This document shows positions 63,499 through 64,000 of a stretch of 64,000 nucleotides of DNA, piece by piece (the stretch's first letter is position 1; each line of letters starts with the position of its first letter). The notes below the pieces were generated by a model. The model was not told the DNA's origin, did not search any database, and saw only the letters and a list, made by a program, of their open reading frames with translations. The DNA is from Acutalibacteraceae bacterium (lineage in GTDB: Bacteria; Bacillota; Clostridia; Oscillospirales; Acutalibacteraceae). The stretch lies in the NCBI GenBank assembly GCA_045598305.1, contig JAZLLW010000031.1:939-64938 (forward strand), written 5' to 3'. Position numbers and translations under genes: made by a program.

Positions 63499-64000
63499 TT
63501 AAAGCTTATTTCGCTGAATCTTACCGCTGATTGACTTGGGTAGCTCGTCACGGAATACGACAAGTCTGGGATACTTGTAGGGGGCCGTATGCTGCTTGAC
63601 GTAATTCTGTATTTCCTTCTTGAGCTCTTCCGTTCCCTCCGTACCCTTGGTAAGCACGATTGATGCCTTTACTATCTGACCTCTTACCTCGTCGGGAGCG
63701 GCAGATACACCGCATTCCAGTACGTAGGGAAGCTCCATGATAACGCTTTCAATCTCAAAAGGTCCGATACGGTAGCCGGAGGATTTGATTACGTCATCGG
63801 CACGGCCGCCATACCAGAAGTAGCCGTCCTCATCACGCCACGCCGTATCGCCTGTGTGATACATGTTTCCGCGTCTGCAGTCGACGTTCTTCTCGTCCTC
63901 ATCAATGTACTGCCTGAAAAGGCCTACGGGGTCATCGCCGTCAATATGGATTACGATTTCGCCCGTTTCACCGTTTGCAACGGGATTGCCGTCGGGATCC
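63499..64000 (-). CDS. AMP-forming acyl-CoA synthetase paralog, C-terminal part (gene continues past the right window edge)
   Basis: The frame stays open from 63999 down to the stop at 63499 (DPDGNPVANGETGEIVIHIDGDD...MYHTGD...SISGKIQRNKL). The last approximately 120 aa are nearly identical to the C-terminus of 60820..63111. Confidence 0.85.
   Translation of the reverse strand, partial: DPDGNPVANGETGEIVIHIDGDDPVGLFRQYIDEDEKNVDCRRGNMYHTGDTAWRDEDGYFWYGGRADDVIKSSGYRIGPFEIESVIMELPYVLECGVSAAPDEVRGQIVKASIVLTKGTEGTEELKKEIQNYVKQHTAPYKYPRLVVFRDELPKSISGKIQRNKL

Noticed and set aside
63499-63864. The 121-aa ORF as a complete small gene
   Set aside because: The frame stays open upstream to the window edge, and the upstream residues continue the ANL-enzyme sequence. 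It is the 3' part of a full-length acyl-CoA synthetase, not a stand-alone gene or pseudogene fragment.
1-64000. Prophage, integrative element, defence island or toxin-antitoxin content
   Set aside because: I found no integrase, transposase, recombinase, restriction-modification, Cas, abortive-infection, phage structural or TA-like small gene pairs. I also found no tRNA gene that could serve as an attachment site. By eye, the base composition looks uniform.

Overview
This 64-kb chromosomal window comes from an anaerobic Firmicute of class Clostridia. The proteins and synteny look like an Oscillospiraceae/Ruminococcaceae-type gut or rumen organism, but that is inference only. I count about 56 densely packed protein genes. 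I saw no rRNA, tRNA, CRISPR array, integrase, transposase or phage genes.

Gene blocks:
1. 1-5.9 kb, minus strand: FGGY kinase, a lipoprotein, mreB-mreC-mreD, and the 5' part of PBP2, which runs off the left edge.
2. 6.0-13.9 kb, minus strand: one promoter-to-terminator seven-gene operon. Its order is GH31 (YihQ-like), S51 hydrolase, transaldolase/FSA, HIBADH-type reductase, FucI-like isomerase, TauE/SafE exporter, GPH symporter. This matches sulfo-transaldolase-type sulfoglycolysis logic. However, Gln sits where the sulfonate-binding Arg of YihQ is expected.
3. 14-22 kb, plus strand: housekeeping genes. These are radical-SAM TIGR03960/TIGR03936, rplS, two lepB copies, rbgA, capA-like, rnhB, yraN and a small exporter.
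4. 22-32.2 kb, minus strand: MFS transporter, Eis-like GNAT, secreted C1 cysteine peptidase with Cys-rich repeats, GH3, a second FucI-like isomerase, and xylulokinase.
5. 32.4-35.7 kb, plus strand: NUDIX, maf, Xaa-Pro peptidase, efp and an acidic Cys-cluster protein.
6. 35.7-39.5 kb: a divergent TetR gene and a giant fused MacB-type ABC transporter, with two palindromic operators between them.
7. 39.5-40.3 kb and 50.3-50.7 kb: arrays of a composite structured intergenic repeat.
8. 40.3-56.4 kb: two convergent paralogous secreted proteins, xth, secA, sufC/sufBD, a metallophosphoesterase, ylmH-like, a flavin reductase, and an amino-acid ABC importer coupled to a DapF-fold two-cysteine racemase-like gene.
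9. 56.5-63.4 kb, minus strand: a T-box leader followed by an XRE-HTH+cupin+AMP-forming acyl-CoA synthetase fusion, ilvE, a SIMIBI P-loop NTPase and a four-subunit 2-oxoacid:ferredoxin oxidoreductase. A second acyl-CoA synthetase paralog lies upstream.

My top candidate for a new system is block 9. I read it as a tRNA-sensing operon that makes valine, or branched-chain amino acids generally, by reductive carboxylation of branched-chain fatty acids. The specifier is most likely GUA (Val). The second candidate is the variant sulfoglycolysis-like operon in block 2.
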